Below are positions 25,747 to 37,866 of a stretch of 64,000 nt of DNA, piece by piece. This DNA comes from Halocafeteria seosinensis (lineage: Eukaryota). Position 1 is the stretch's first letter. Every line of letters begins with the position of its first letter. The notes below the pieces were generated by a model. It saw nothing but the letters and a program-made list of their open reading frames with translations. It did no database searches and was not told the origin of the DNA. The stretch covers positions 124,001 to 188,000 of the forward strand of contig LVLI01000084.1 in the NCBI GenBank assembly GCA_001687465.1, given 5' to 3'. A program made the translations under genes and the position numbers.

Positions 25747-27287
25747 TTAGGCTCCAGCAGGCCATAATTGGTTTGCTATTTTCCTGAGTGCTTCAAAGTA
25801 GCGTTGATGCAATTCGGTGGATTTGGCCGGTACATAATCTAGGGGGATAGCGCCGAACCCATCTTCCGCATTCAACAAGTCCGGACTAAGACAAGTTAGC
25901 ATATAAATTATGTCAATGTTATTAGTGACAGTCCAGCACGCTGTGCACGAATGTTCATTATCACAATTCCTGCAGTCATACCATGAATACAGTTGAAGTC
26001 CGCACTTACCGTCATGAAGAGGAGTTTTCCCACCAGTATCGCATACGTTCACCCACGCGCCGTTTCTCAGAAGGAGTGTAACAATATCACGCCTACATTG
26101 ATTAGCAGCAATATGTAGCAGCTGTAGGAAAACATAATATAAACAAGATGTTTCTGGAGGTCGTATGTTTCCGTTTCTGCTGATTCCTACTCACAGTTCT
26201 TCCGTTCATGTCAGGGTAATTCAGAAGCAACTTCGCTGCATGCTCACCCACGCGGTTAATGAATCTGTGGATAGTGTCGGCCTCGTTAGTCTGAACTGCC
26301 AGGACTAATTCATGAAACCATTCTGGATATCCCTTTCCCCCGTTGTTTCTAGCTTCGGCATCTACATCACCCTGACTATCTGTGTTTGTTTCATCCTTCT
26401 CCATACCGTGGAGAATCTGTTGGGTCTTCAAGTTCTTCTGAAGTTCTATATCGAATTTGCTGGATGCCATCCACCCTTCTGATAGTGCATCGAACCGGAG
26501 TACGGATCCGCGAAGCTGCCGCTGCAAATATTTCATAGCCTTGGAACACGGTATTTCCGGAGCTGTGTGCAGTAAGTGGACAACTCCCTAATGAGCGATC
26601 AGTGTTAGTTGGAAACCAGCGTCATGCCACATTACTGGCATTTTGCGAACCTACCAAGCGGAAAGTTGAGACATGTACTCTCAGATATATGCCTTGAAAT
26701 TGACAGGAATTGGTGAAGCGACAGTTTTCTGCAGATACGCAGGTACACAGTGGTCACGCCTGGATTACAAGAACAAGAAGGAGGCACGTGTAACCTACTC
26801 ATAGGGGTCGCCTTGGTGCTGCTTCCAGTGGCCGTCACTATTCACCATTTCATCCCTACAGATCAATAATACGGCAGCCTCTTGTCGACAAGCCTCGTCC
26901 ACGTCATGATGACAGTCACGCAGGCGTTGGTCAAAACTCTTTATTTCTGCAGCCGACGCAAGGAATTTTCATGACAAGACTCTGAAAACATATAAGGGAC
27001 ATACGTGAGCTGTGTTTTCCTTTTGCGTTTTGCTGTTGTTGGAAAAGCTTCACGGCGGTGGCTGCCTCTGAAGGAAGCACCTCCTCCAGCGGCGTTTGCT
27101 GTTCTCTCGATGAAACGGAGGGTTCCCCATGTCCCGAACTTCGAAGCAACCCCTCGGTATAGCCTAACCCTTCTTCGTTGCACTTTGTAGGTCCATTAAG
27201 AGATACGACGCTTCCTGGTAAATCTTCCTGAGGGCATTCAGGGGTACTGTTGCCGTCAACATGTGTAAATGACCCTTGCCAGCTCAT
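25747..27287 (-). CDS. Ankyrin-repeat protein (multi-exon)
   Basis: LLNYPDMNGRT, LLHIAA, VNVCDTGGKTPLHD|ACW, NAEDGFGAIPLDY ankyrin motifs in the 3' exons. 5' exon structure is uncertain. Confidence 0.7.
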
Positions 27288-27896
27288 TGCGACCGCGGGC
27301 GCAGATGTCGCACAGTGCAACAAGTAGACTGCAATCGGCTGTAGATTGCACCGCTTTCTTTCGGTTATCCTATGAACTCGTCTATCTAGTACGTCTCTAG
27401 GTCTTATGGTGGCCGGACCACGCTCCTAGCGGTGAATGACGTCAGGTTCGGTCCAAGGTCTTCGGCAGCCGGGCGGCGTCTCTACTCCACTGAGTATCTC
27501 CCAAGCACAAACGTGCCCCACATAGTGAACTTTCGACAGCAAGGGAAGGAAAGATCCACGTCTGCAGTAGCTCGCTAGTAGTCGCTACAAGTGCACAAGA
27601 CTTATAAATCTAGGAGAAATTTCACGCGCGCGCTTCCGTGCTCGGCGTCTGCGAGTCGTGCGAACGACGACACCACGTCATACCCCCTCTGCAAACGCCG
27701 AAAAGTCGACACGTAGGCAGAATATTCCCAGATAGTTAACGGACGGTGAATTGTCGGAAATACGCTTAGTGCTAATAGTAGCCTTGTTGCAAGCGTACGA
27801 AGAGGAACAAATTTCGTTACTAACCCCGAACCTACCCGTTCGCCCAGCTTGTCCCGTACAGTAACACCAGTACAAACGAACATAGCACAACCGATA

Positions 27897-28974
27897 ATGG
27901 GACTCTGCCAGAGTACAGGAACCGAGACAAATACGGAAGACGCTCCCCGTTTTGACGAAAAGACATGGAGAAAGAGCAGCCAACAGTGTCTTAAGTTAAT
28001 TCTCGAAGGAGATGGGTTCAGCTACTTCCAGCGGTTTCTGAAGGAGCAGATGAAGGTACGTACACTAGCAACGTGGCAGTAGATCAACATTATCTTTCCA
28101 AGTTGCAATAGGAAACAATGTCATGTGGGTTGTATGTATGACTGCCTGGATACAGGTAAATCACTTGGAATTTTATGACCAAGTTGAGCAAATCAAGCAA
28201 GAGAAAAAAGATGGAGGCTCCGATGAGTACTTGAGGGATCAAGCAAAGCAAGTTTTCGAGTCCTTCATCAAATCCGACATGGGTGATGAAGCAAGTCTCC
28301 CGACCAGATTTGCACGGAATTCGGATGTTGATGCTGAAGAGGATCCAATCCCTATACTGGAGCAGGCCCAAGAAGAGATTCGGACGCTATTGGTGGTGGA
28401 CTGTTTGCCACGTTTCCTGCAGAGTAACCTAGGTCAGCGCATGAAGTCTGACTTGAAAAATAACAAGCTCAATGATGCTGCCGCTAAGATGATCAATTCG
28501 GCTCCCACTACGAAAGCTGAGTGGCTTCAAATGTTTAGAGTTGTAGCTGACTCAATCCCTAGCTGCGTCGTTATATCCGACTACCAAGCTGATGGACTTC
28601 CTATGGTCTTTGTGAATAAAGCTTTCACTGAAGTTACTAAGTATAAAAAGCAAGAGGCGGAAGGAAAGAATTGTCGCTTCCTACAGGGACCCGACACCGA
28701 CCCAGAGTCCATACAAGCACTAAGGGACTCTCTCTCCAAGCAAAAAGAATGCCATGTCAACATTTTGAACTACCGGCGCGATGGAGAGACATTTAACAAC
28801 CTTCTCTCTCTAAAGCCTGTTTTTGGGATGAATGGAAAATGCGAATACTTCCTTGGAGTGCAATACGAAGTTGATGATTCTTCGATGATAATAACTCGAC
28901 TGCTTCAGCACCAGCAGTTACTTAAAATGCTTCCCTCCAGAGTCTACCTTGTTGATCAGAGCAGCGAGAATTAA
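27897..28974 (+). CDS. RGS-LOV blue-light photoreceptor (325 aa) with N-terminal MGLCQS acylation motif
   Basis: RGS: ILEGDGFSYFQRFLKEQMK|VNHLEFYDQVE...AKQVFESFI...AQEEIRTLLVVDCLPRFLQS. LOV: PMVFVNKAFTEVTKY...GKNCRFLQGPDTD...NYRRDGETFNNLLSLKPV...YFLGVQ. Phase-0 intron 28056-28155. Confidence 0.93.
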
Positions 28975-29425
28975 TATCAAAATTACCGTTTCCGCGTGGC
29001 GGAGTGTTGATCCACTACAGTACTGTACATGCCTCGACCGTGATTCTTGTACCAAAGTTTAAGGTGTACCAATTTGTAAACATAAAACCGTACCAAATAA
29101 TGAAAAACCAAGCATCACTTCCTCTGAGCTATATCGTCGCTGGTACATACTTGTGTTTGAGTAAAAAAATTCCATTGGTTTCCTCTTCCGGGTTCAAACC
29201 TCCTTGCTGCAAGATGTTCAGGAGTCCAGTTCAAAGTTTAAGTCAGAGGTCCAGTTGAACTAGGCGAGGAAAGAGGGGACGGACGTTTACGTAGATGTAC
29301 AATGTAGTGGATTGGTTTGTCCACCCCCCACAAGCATTATCCTCGTTTCCTTTGTTATATTGTGTGTGGTGCGTGTATATAGGGTACTTTGCTTTCCTTT
29401 GATCTAGGACAGGACAGAAGGGAAG

Positions 29426-30703
29426 ATGCCTCTCGAGTCCGTCATGGTATGCTTGGATAATTCCGAGTGGATGAGGAATGGCGATTGCACCCCCTCTCGA
29501 TTAGATGCGCAATACGATGCTGCTTTTCTGGTGTGCAACTCCAAAATGAATGAGAATCCGGAGAATACGGTGGGCCTGCTTACTCATGGAGGAGGCTCGG
29601 TGGCCGTGAAAACCAGCCCCTCCGAGGATCTTAGCAAAGTTTTGGCCTCTTTACATGGCATACAGTGCCGAGGAAAACCCCATTTCGGGAACGCCATTCG
29701 TGTGGCTATGCTTGCGTTGAAGCACCGCAAGAATAAGAATGGAGGGCAGAGGATTGTCATCTTTGTGGGAAGCCCCATTGAGGAAGAAGAGCGGCAATTG
29801 AAGAAAATTGGAGCTACCCTGCGCAAGAATAACATTGCACTGGACATTGTTGCCATGGGAGAGAACGACAAGAACCAAGAAAAGTTTCAGAAAATAAATG
29901 AAGCCGTCAACAACAACGAGAACTCGCATATCGTCAATGTCCCGGCGGGAGTGAACCCCTCAGATTCCCTCTTGTCGTCCCCCATCATCTCGGCCGGAGG
30001 AGGGGCTGCTGGGGCTGGACAAGAACAAGGACAACAAGACCTCTCAGCCTATGGTGGTGTGGATCCAAATGTCGATCCAGAGCTCGCACAAGCTATACGC
30101 CTTAGTTTAGAAGAATCGCGGGCTGAAGCAGAAGAGCAAGATCGCTCGGAGAGTGTTCCCCCATCGGCTACAGGAGTAGAGGCCTCTCAGAACCAAACTA
30201 GTAATACCCAAGGGGATATAGCTATGACAGGAAATGCGGAGCAACAGGAAGAACCAACTATGAGCCAACAGGGTGGCGGCAACGATGAGGACGAAATGCT
30301 CGAACGAGCAATTGCCATGTCGATGATGGAGAATGAGCAAGCGTCTGATACACCAATGACTCGGTCTGCTACCAGTGGAGGTGAATCACAAGGTGTAGCA
30401 AGTAGATCTCAGGCTGCTTCTGAGCCTGCTACGACTACGTCAACTACTCCAGGATCTCAAGAACAGACAACACCAAGCTCCGCATCGTTCCAAGATCCGA
30501 ACTTTGTTAACGAACTTCTTGGGGGTTTACCCGGCGTTGATATGAACGACCCCAACATTCAAGCCGCATTACGGCAGATTCAGAGCCAATCGTCTAATTC
30601 AGGAAGTAACAACGACGGTAATAACCAGAGTTCATCTCAAAGTAACAATAATCAGGGCAGCGGAAACAACAACGACGACCAGCAGAGCGATTCCAAGAAG
30701 TAG
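29426..30703 (+). CDS. RPN10: 26S proteasome regulatory subunit Rpn10/S5a
   Basis: MPLESVMVCLDNSEWMRNGD vWA start, ALKHRKNKN, UIMs DPELAQAIRLSLEE and DEMLERAIAMSM. Confidence 0.97.
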   Translation: MPLESVMVCLDNSEWMRNGDCTPSRLDAQYDAAFLVCNSKMNENPENTVGLLTHGGGSVAVKTSPSEDLSKVLASLHGIQCRGKPHFGNAIRVAMLALKHRKNKNGGQRIVIFVGSPIEEEERQLKKIGATLRKNNIALDIVAMGENDKNQEKFQKINEAVNNNENSHIVNVPAGVNPSDSLLSSPIISAGGGAAGAGQEQGQQDLSAYGGVDPNVDPELAQAIRLSLEESRAEAEEQDRSESVPPSATGVEASQNQTSNTQGDIAMTGNAEQQEEPTMSQQGGGNDEDEMLERAIAMSMMENEQASDTPMTRSATSGGESQGVASRSQAASEPATTTSTTPGSQEQTTPSSASFQDPNFVNELLGGLPGVDMNDPNIQAALRQIQSQSSNSGSNNDGNNQSSSQSNNNQGSGNNNDDQQSDSKK

Positions 30704-31365
30704 TTGGCAGAGGCTAGTGGTTGGTACTTTATTTATTGCTTTCTCCTTCGGAGTTGACAAAGATGCCATAAAGTCGAACAAATAAACATTCTTCTCGCGG
30801 CATGTTTTGGAACGGTTTTACTCATCAGCTATCGCAGACAACTGAGACATAAGTGACGACGCATGGAGTCGCCGCAGAACGTAGCACGACACTCTGGTAG
30901 GACAATGGACAATTCCAGGAGAACTATGTACGGAAAAGAACCACACATGAAAATTTCAAAATGGCGGTACGATGCAGTAAAAAGAGCATGAAGAGCAGGA
31001 CTATTGTACAATTGTACCACTTACCACTAGTACCACTGCTACCACTTGTACTGTATATCCGAACTGCTGCAGGCTTCATTTAAACCCTCCAATCTTTTCT
31101 CCCACTTGTTATACTTGTTGTGTTTGTTGCCTAGATTTAGAGGTGCTCTGGTCTGCTCTAAGGCGTAGCTATAGCACAGCAAAATAAGTGAATTGAATGC
31201 GTTGTGGGTTAGTGTAAACATAGTGTAGCAGTGATTGCGTGCACATACTCATTGATTCCTTCATCTTCTTGTTGTGTGCTCTTGAAGAAAACGAGGGGCA
31301 TTTTGTATCCATTTCATCTTGGGCTTTGTTACTGGCTAGGTTGTCTTTTCTGAACAAGACGGACT

Positions 31366-32681
31366 ATGGATGAGACCACAGGCCTCCAAGGGAGCCCAGC
31401 TTCGGCCTCTGCAGGGCGTCAAACAGCGACGCCTCCTGCGGCTCCGGCGGATCATGAAGGCGGTATGATGTTTTTGGACACGCATCATCCTGTTTTGGCC
31501 AAGTACATTGCAGGATTCCTCGATAGGAATGGCATCTCGTACCAGAGTACTTTTTCGTTCTTGTCGCACCGAGACAATGTCATCCTGGCCAAAGATAGGG
31601 CGACCAAAACAGTGGATATGGACGACAACTTCGCGGATTTCGATGGTACGTACCTAAACTATTGTATGTAGGAATCGATCATTACGACTAGGCCCTCGTC
31701 GTCTACGGTTCGCTACACAGATACAATATACCGCGTCGTGCAATCCAAAGACGAACCGCATGTGATCACGGTCTCAATCAGTGCCACCTATCTCACGCAG
31801 TTAAAAAGGTATTAATGGTACAGCAACGAGCACCCCGTTTGTTTCCCGAAATGAAAGAGCGTTGTTTGTTGTACAGCGCTGGCGCATTGGAACCGGTTTT
31901 GTCTCAATGGAAACCTATGGCTCGGGACACACCGCAAGAGGGTGCGGACGTCACCCTCGATATTGATGCTTCGGCAACAGAGATGTCAGGAGGTTAGTGG
32001 AGAGCGTGGACTGGCGATTAACTACCTTTTTGCATTCAAAGTTTTCCTCATCTTGCAGATGAAATCCTTAACTCGATTCCCAAGCTGAGATTGACCCTAT
32101 TGGGATGTCCGTTCAAGACGGCCTTCCAGGCTATGATGGACAAGAGAGCCAGCGAACCTTTGACTATTGATTTTTCCCAAGGGGACCGCATTTATATCAT
32201 GCCAGGTGTTGAGGGAAGTGAGCGTGTAGCAATCACGTTTGGCTTGTCTATTCGAGAGGAAACAGATCGGGCGATGGCTAGAATTATTGCCCAGGAGTTT
32301 GTAGAAGCACGCCGTAAGGTCAATGGTGCGCCTCCTTGTACTTTCCATGATCCCCGCGCTTCGCCACCGTATCCAAAGGAATTGGATGCCTGTTCTTTAT
32401 CCCCGATGGAACTAACGGAGCGACTAGTTGGGTATCTCACATTCACAGTCTTCCCCGCCCATGTGGATACCGACGAAAAAATGCAAAACGTAGTCGACCT
32501 CATGAGTGGGTTTCGGAACTACCTTCTGTATCATCTCAAGGCTTCAAAGGGATATGTTCAAATGCGAATGCGAAACAGGTTTGAGAAAATGCTCCAGGTG
32601 CTTCGGCGGTCTTATGTGGGCGATCCGAACCAAAAGAAGGAGAAGAAGGTCGCCAGTGGTCGTACCTACGTCAGGAAGTAA
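31366..32681 (+). CDS. ARPC2: Arp2/3 complex subunit 2 (p34-Arc)
   Basis: MMFLDTHH, FADFD, EETDRAMARIIAQEFVEARR, GYLTFTVFPAH, FRNYLLYHLKASKGYVQMRMR, KVASGRTY. Multi-exon. Confidence 0.92.
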
Positions 32682-33182
32682 AAGCTCACGAACACGGGTC
32701 ACAACGTACAGAAACGACGACTGAAATGAAAATAGTAGGTGCTTGTTTGAATTGTACCGATAGTTGGTGCATAGTTTAGTTATTGTAACTTACTGTAATG
32801 GAGAAATGCACACCTGGTAAAGAAAGCAAAGCCGTCAAGAGCTTCGTTGGCGTATAGTATAGGTGGTAGTACAGATCAGATCAATACGCCGATAATGCCC
32901 AAGTCAATTCCCGTGCGCCTGTTGCATGAATGGTCGGTGGCACCGACGGTGGGGTCCCAGCCTGACTCACAACGTACCAGTATTTGATGAGCCGAACTGC
33001 CTGTCATACGGCAGGTGATGATCTTAGGGGGACTGTTACGCTGGTGTGATAACTATACCACTGCTAGCATAAATTAGCTAGATCCTCCTGGAACAGTGTC
33101 CCAGGCCACCATACGTATTGTAGCTGCTGACGTGGACTGCAAGTACCTACAGGTAGTTGTTGTTTGTCTTGGGAGGAGCAGA

Positions 33183-34371
33183 ATGATGCTGAGGATGTTA
33201 GTTGGGAGAGCCCAGTGCCCATACCCTGGTACGGGTGCGTATGGTCATGTAAAACCCATACCCCGGCGCATGGGCATGAGGATAGTGGCTCCAGCACGAT
33301 TTACTGAAGCTGGGTCTTCGGGCCGTGCACATGCACACTTCAGGGAAGGAACGCGGTTCTTAGGTACTGTATGGAATCGGTGCATGCATCTGAGGTGTTT
33401 GTTGCATACAGCAATTCAACACAGGAGCCTCGTGGTGTTCCAGCGCCTTCGGGCGTGGAGGAACCCTTTGGTGGAGAAGGCATCTCACCACCGTCGACCT
33501 ACCACGGTATTTTCAAGAAGCGGCAGGGGTGGTGGAGGAAACAGGGGACCGGGGAACATCAATAGTGATGATGTCATGTTGATGCTTTGTGGTGGTGCGT
33601 AGCGCTTGCTCATGATGCATTAGGTGCTTGTTTGGCGTTATCAGGTGGTCCTGTGTAAACGCAGCTAATGTTCTCGTATGGATAGGATGGCAAACTGACC
33701 TCGCGCGCTCGTTTATGCCGAAACATTTCCTGCTTTCCATGCAAAATATTAAGCGTGGGAGGATACACACGCTTGTTACTTGCTTTTTCTCCCACTTCAG
33801 CCTTGGACACCTCTTAGCCAATCTTCTCGTACTCTATTTCTTTTCCCCTCCGGCCATTGCAGCACTTGGTACAACGAGATTTCTTCAAGTAAGTCTCTAC
33901 ATTAGTGTTTGACCGTGAATACTTCGACGTTTCACCCATCCTGCATGATTTGACAGATGTATCTGGTTGCTGGATTTTCGTCTTCAGTCGGAGGTCTACT
34001 GTACCAGTACATTGTTCCCAAGTCAGGACTACCAGGTAAGTAACAAAGGTTCGTATACGTATACGGCTCATATATGTAGAGAAAAGAAAAAATTGTTTCG
34101 ATGTTCAGCGTCGATGACGGTACATCAAGATACTCCCTCGCTCGGTGCCAGTGGAGCCGTGAATTCTGTGGTCATTTACACTATCTGTACCAATCCGTAT
34201 GCGACAATCTATCTGTATTTCTTCATCCCAATTCCTGCAGCGATTTTTGGTGCCGTCTTTGTGTTGAAGGATGCAATAGGCGCCTACTACGGTGGTGGTA
34301 ACATAGGTCATGCCGCTCATCTCACAGGCGCCTTTGTTGGAATGATGTATTATGCCACGGACAAAGTGTGA
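33183..34371 (+). CDS. Rhomboid intramembrane serine protease, probably mitochondrial (PARL/Pcp1-like)
   Basis: GRIHTLVTCFFSHFSLGHLLAN, catalytic SLGASGAV and IGHAAHLTGAFVG. Arg-rich N-terminus. Several introns. Confidence 0.88.
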
Positions 34372-34569
34372 GCGCTGCAAGAGGGAAAAGCATGCTTTGA
34401 GACTTCTCATGGATCTTCCAGATCGAGGGAATGGCTTCCGCATTTGACGCCCCGATGTGCTCTCCGTGTCGTTTGAGGACTACCCTGGGGATAGGAGTTC
34501 TATAGTAGGGTTCCATACCGGTCGTGGTTGAGGTTGCGCACAAAAACCACAGTCTCGTCAAGGTGCCTT

Positions 34570-35028
34570 CAGAAAACAGTAAGCCTGCTCAAGGTTAAAA
34601 GTTGGCCTCTGATACGGAACGTACAGCTTCCGAAGAGATGGATCGAGGCAGGTCGCTGGAACGTGGTGCTAGCTATCAGAGGCCCCTTCTGAATACAGTC
34701 AACAACCGACCGCGTTTGAGTGAGGACGAGAGCTCTGCTCAAAGTCCCCAGTCTTCGCCTCCTCGACTAGCTGTTGACCCCGAAGTCGTACGCTAGCTGG
34801 CGCGGGGAGTTGTGTAGCTACTGCCGCATCCGATACGCGCGCCAGCCCGGCACCGAGCATTCCTGAGCAAGCTCGACAAGAACACATCGCTCTCGAGAGC
34901 TAGCTATCATCAACCGGGGAAGACAACTGCCATGATTACTCATTTGCTTAAGATACTAGGCATCCAGACGAATGAGACACGGCTCTGTATACATGGATGA
35001 GTAGCTAGGTATCTATAGTGGCACTTTG
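34570..35028 (+). pseudogene. Degenerate duplicated copy of the 3' end and 3' UTR of the gene at 35935-37688
   Basis: Aligns by eye to 37252-37786 (shared GCTCAAAGTCCCCAGTCTTCGCCTCCTCGACTAGCTG and GTAGCTAGGTATCTATAGTGGCACTTTG), with substitutions, deletions and a frameshift. Confidence 0.9.
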
Positions 35029-35934
35029 TTATACTGTCGATATAAAAAAATTGCCTTAGTTGCGGCAAGTCCAAGAATCAGAAGTAGGTGCAAACTTCTA
35101 ATCGTTTCCGGCGAAATCTGTGGGATTGTCAATGTAGCACGATATCTCTTACTCAATAGGATGCATGAGTGACATTGAAGTACTGCTGTATGTATCGTAA
35201 GTATAAGGTATATGCACATTTTGAGATGGATTCACTTGCCGCACACTCTCCATTTTGGAACTGAGCATGCGCCAGGGTTTCTGGAGGAAGGCAACAACCT
35301 TAATCAAATGGATGGGACACAAGGGTTCAGGAAGCACCAATGGGTTCCTCGAGCAAACACACTTATGTGGTGTAAATGCGACGCCTTCTATACCATGATG
35401 TTAGAGAACATACAGCGCTTGCAATTTCAGCCGGATTGTCTCATTGTTACAGGGTAGGGTCGAAACGATCGAACACCAGTGTAAACCAAGTACCTACAGT
35501 CGGAATGCTGCACTTGTCCACAAAACAACGAAAAGGTTATGGGATGGAGGACTTCCTTAAGCACTTGCTTCGAAAAATCGTTTTGGCACATTGTACAATG
35601 GTACAACGTATGCAGCTACATCAACTTACAGGGTAAGACTTTAAGTACAAGTACAACAATAGCAGTCATGGTTGAAGTTGCCCAAACGGCGCGCGCGCCG
35701 AAATTGGTTCCGTTGCGAAGGTGCTGCCCATGATCTCTGGAATCCTGTTGTAGTAATGTCATAGGTATGATATTCGTTAACTGGCTACACTATTAAAAAC
35801 AACTATCGTATGCTGGATCTGTGTTGTGATTGTCCTCTATAGCGCATAACGGCATTGTCGTGTCTCGCCTTGTGCCGACTCTCACCACTGTCATCCATTG
35901 TGGTATTGCACTGGAACGTATCGTATGCACCACA

Positions 35935-37688
35935 ATGTCGGAGACAAAGTCTGCTTCTTCGTTTGTCTCGGACTTTGACGTCCAGCCGGACATGTTTCAA
36001 ACCATGAGCATCTCCTCCTCGTCGCGTCCATCGCTACCCACCGAGAGGAAGTACTTCCGGACACATAACCTGGCATATACAACGCAGGACATCGAAGGTG
36101 CCACGCCCAAAGTTCGACACCCGTCGCGGAACAAACCTGATTTGCACAGTGAGTAGATCTCACTGTCCTTCCTCTTAACGACAGCTTGTGGTTCAGACTG
36201 CACTTTTCGTCCAGGGAACGATGATATTGAAAAGAGTCATCCTCAAGAGTTACACGGACCCATTTCCCATGGGAAGCCAGATTATACACTGACGGTTAAA
36301 GATATAGAGGGTAAGCGCACTGCAAATCGACTTAACATTACAGTGGCGGGCATCATTTTCTGGTTGTGTATGCAGGTGCTGAATGCAAACCGGACAGGTT
36401 CAAAACAACACGATCAGTTAACCCACTTGACCCCGAGTACAATATCCCTGAAGTGGAGCATAAGCCTCCGGTACGTTGAATCGTAGCGACTTTGGCGCGT
36501 AGCTCCAAGTGAACTCACTGAGAGTTTCCCTCTTGTGTCTGCCAGAGTCCTCAATCATACAAGTATTTTGGCTTCTATTGTGATGACATAGAAGGGACTC
36601 AGTCTGTTTCCCACTACGCCCGACCTATAAGAAAAAATCCTCTTGACACTTCTGATATCGATGGTACTCACTGCAAGCGCGGTAAAGATTCCCGACGGAA
36701 CTGGAACTACGAAGTCAACGATATCAACAATGAAGGCGTGTGGAAAAGCAGGAGATCTTCTAATCCACTAAACCCAGTACACAGTATCAACGGAATGCGT
36801 ATTCGGGATGATCCGCGTTCCAAGCCGACTGTGTATCACCGTGAACTCAAAGGAGACCATCCTTATTTCCCATTGAGTACACTAGACATCGAGGGAGCTC
36901 AAGCAGATTCGGCTTTAAAGAATGAGCACCCAGGAGCAGGAGAGGCCAAAGGGGAGATCCGAAACATAAACTACGTACGTGATATTCCAGGAGCGTATCC
37001 TGGAACTTACAGACGTGGTCCGGGAACACAACGGGAGACGGACCCTAACGAGCGAAATTATGTGCTGCTCGATGGAGCGCCTCGAGAGAGAGAGGTATCG
37101 AAGCCTCTGGAGGACTATAGGAGGAAGTTACAGGATCCGAGAGACAGGGAAATCGAGGATCTTCATCGCCAGCTTCAGGAACTTAGGAACGAGCAGAAGA
37201 TAACGAAGCTTGAAGAGAGTGTAGACGTCTGTCGACATTCCAATTCGGCTGCAGAAAACAGTAAGCCTGCACGGGGGGAAAAGTCCGTCTCCGATGCCGA
37301 ACGTACAGCGTCCGAGGAGATGGATCGAGGCGGGTCTCCGGAACGTGGTGGTAGCTACCGGAGGCTTCTGAATACAGCCAACGACCGGTCGCGTTTGAAC
37401 GGGGACGAGAGCTTTGCTCAAAGTCCCCAGTCTTCGCCTCCTCGACTAGCTGCTGACACCGAACGGACCCGGCTGCGAAGTCGTACCCTAGCTGGTGCGG
37501 GAGGAAGTGTAGCTACTGCCGCTTCCGATACACGTCCCAGTCCGGTACCGAACATTCCTGGCGTGGAACATAGCAAGCGTCAGTGGTCAACCCGTAGTAC
37601 GACCTCGATAGCTTCGACGAGGACACATCGCTCTCGAGAGCAATCATCAAAACAAGAGGAAATCAGCCAGGTAAGACAGCTGCCATGA
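35935..37688 (+). CDS. Uncharacterised protein with repeated xDIEGA and NPLxPxY-like motifs and a short coiled coil
   Basis: TQDIEGATP, KDIEG|A, DDIEGT, SDIDGT, LDIEGAQ, RDIPGAYP; VNPLDPEY, NPLNPVH. Exons linked by GT-AG introns. Confidence 0.7.
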
Positions 37689-37866
37689 TTGCTCATTTGC
37701 TTGGTTAAGATACTGGACGTCCAAACCCATGAGATACGGCTTTGTATACATGGAGTAGTAGCTAGGTATCTATAGTGGCACTTTGCCGTCGAGGTACATA
37801 CTCTCCAGTTGTACATGGTGTGGACTCCACATGTAACCAGTGTTACTTTTGTGCCACCCTGCCGTT

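Noticed and set aside
27437..27444. TGACGTCA (CRE/aureochrome-box-like) upstream of RGS-LOV
   Set aside because: A single short motif expected by chance; it also occurs at ~24112.
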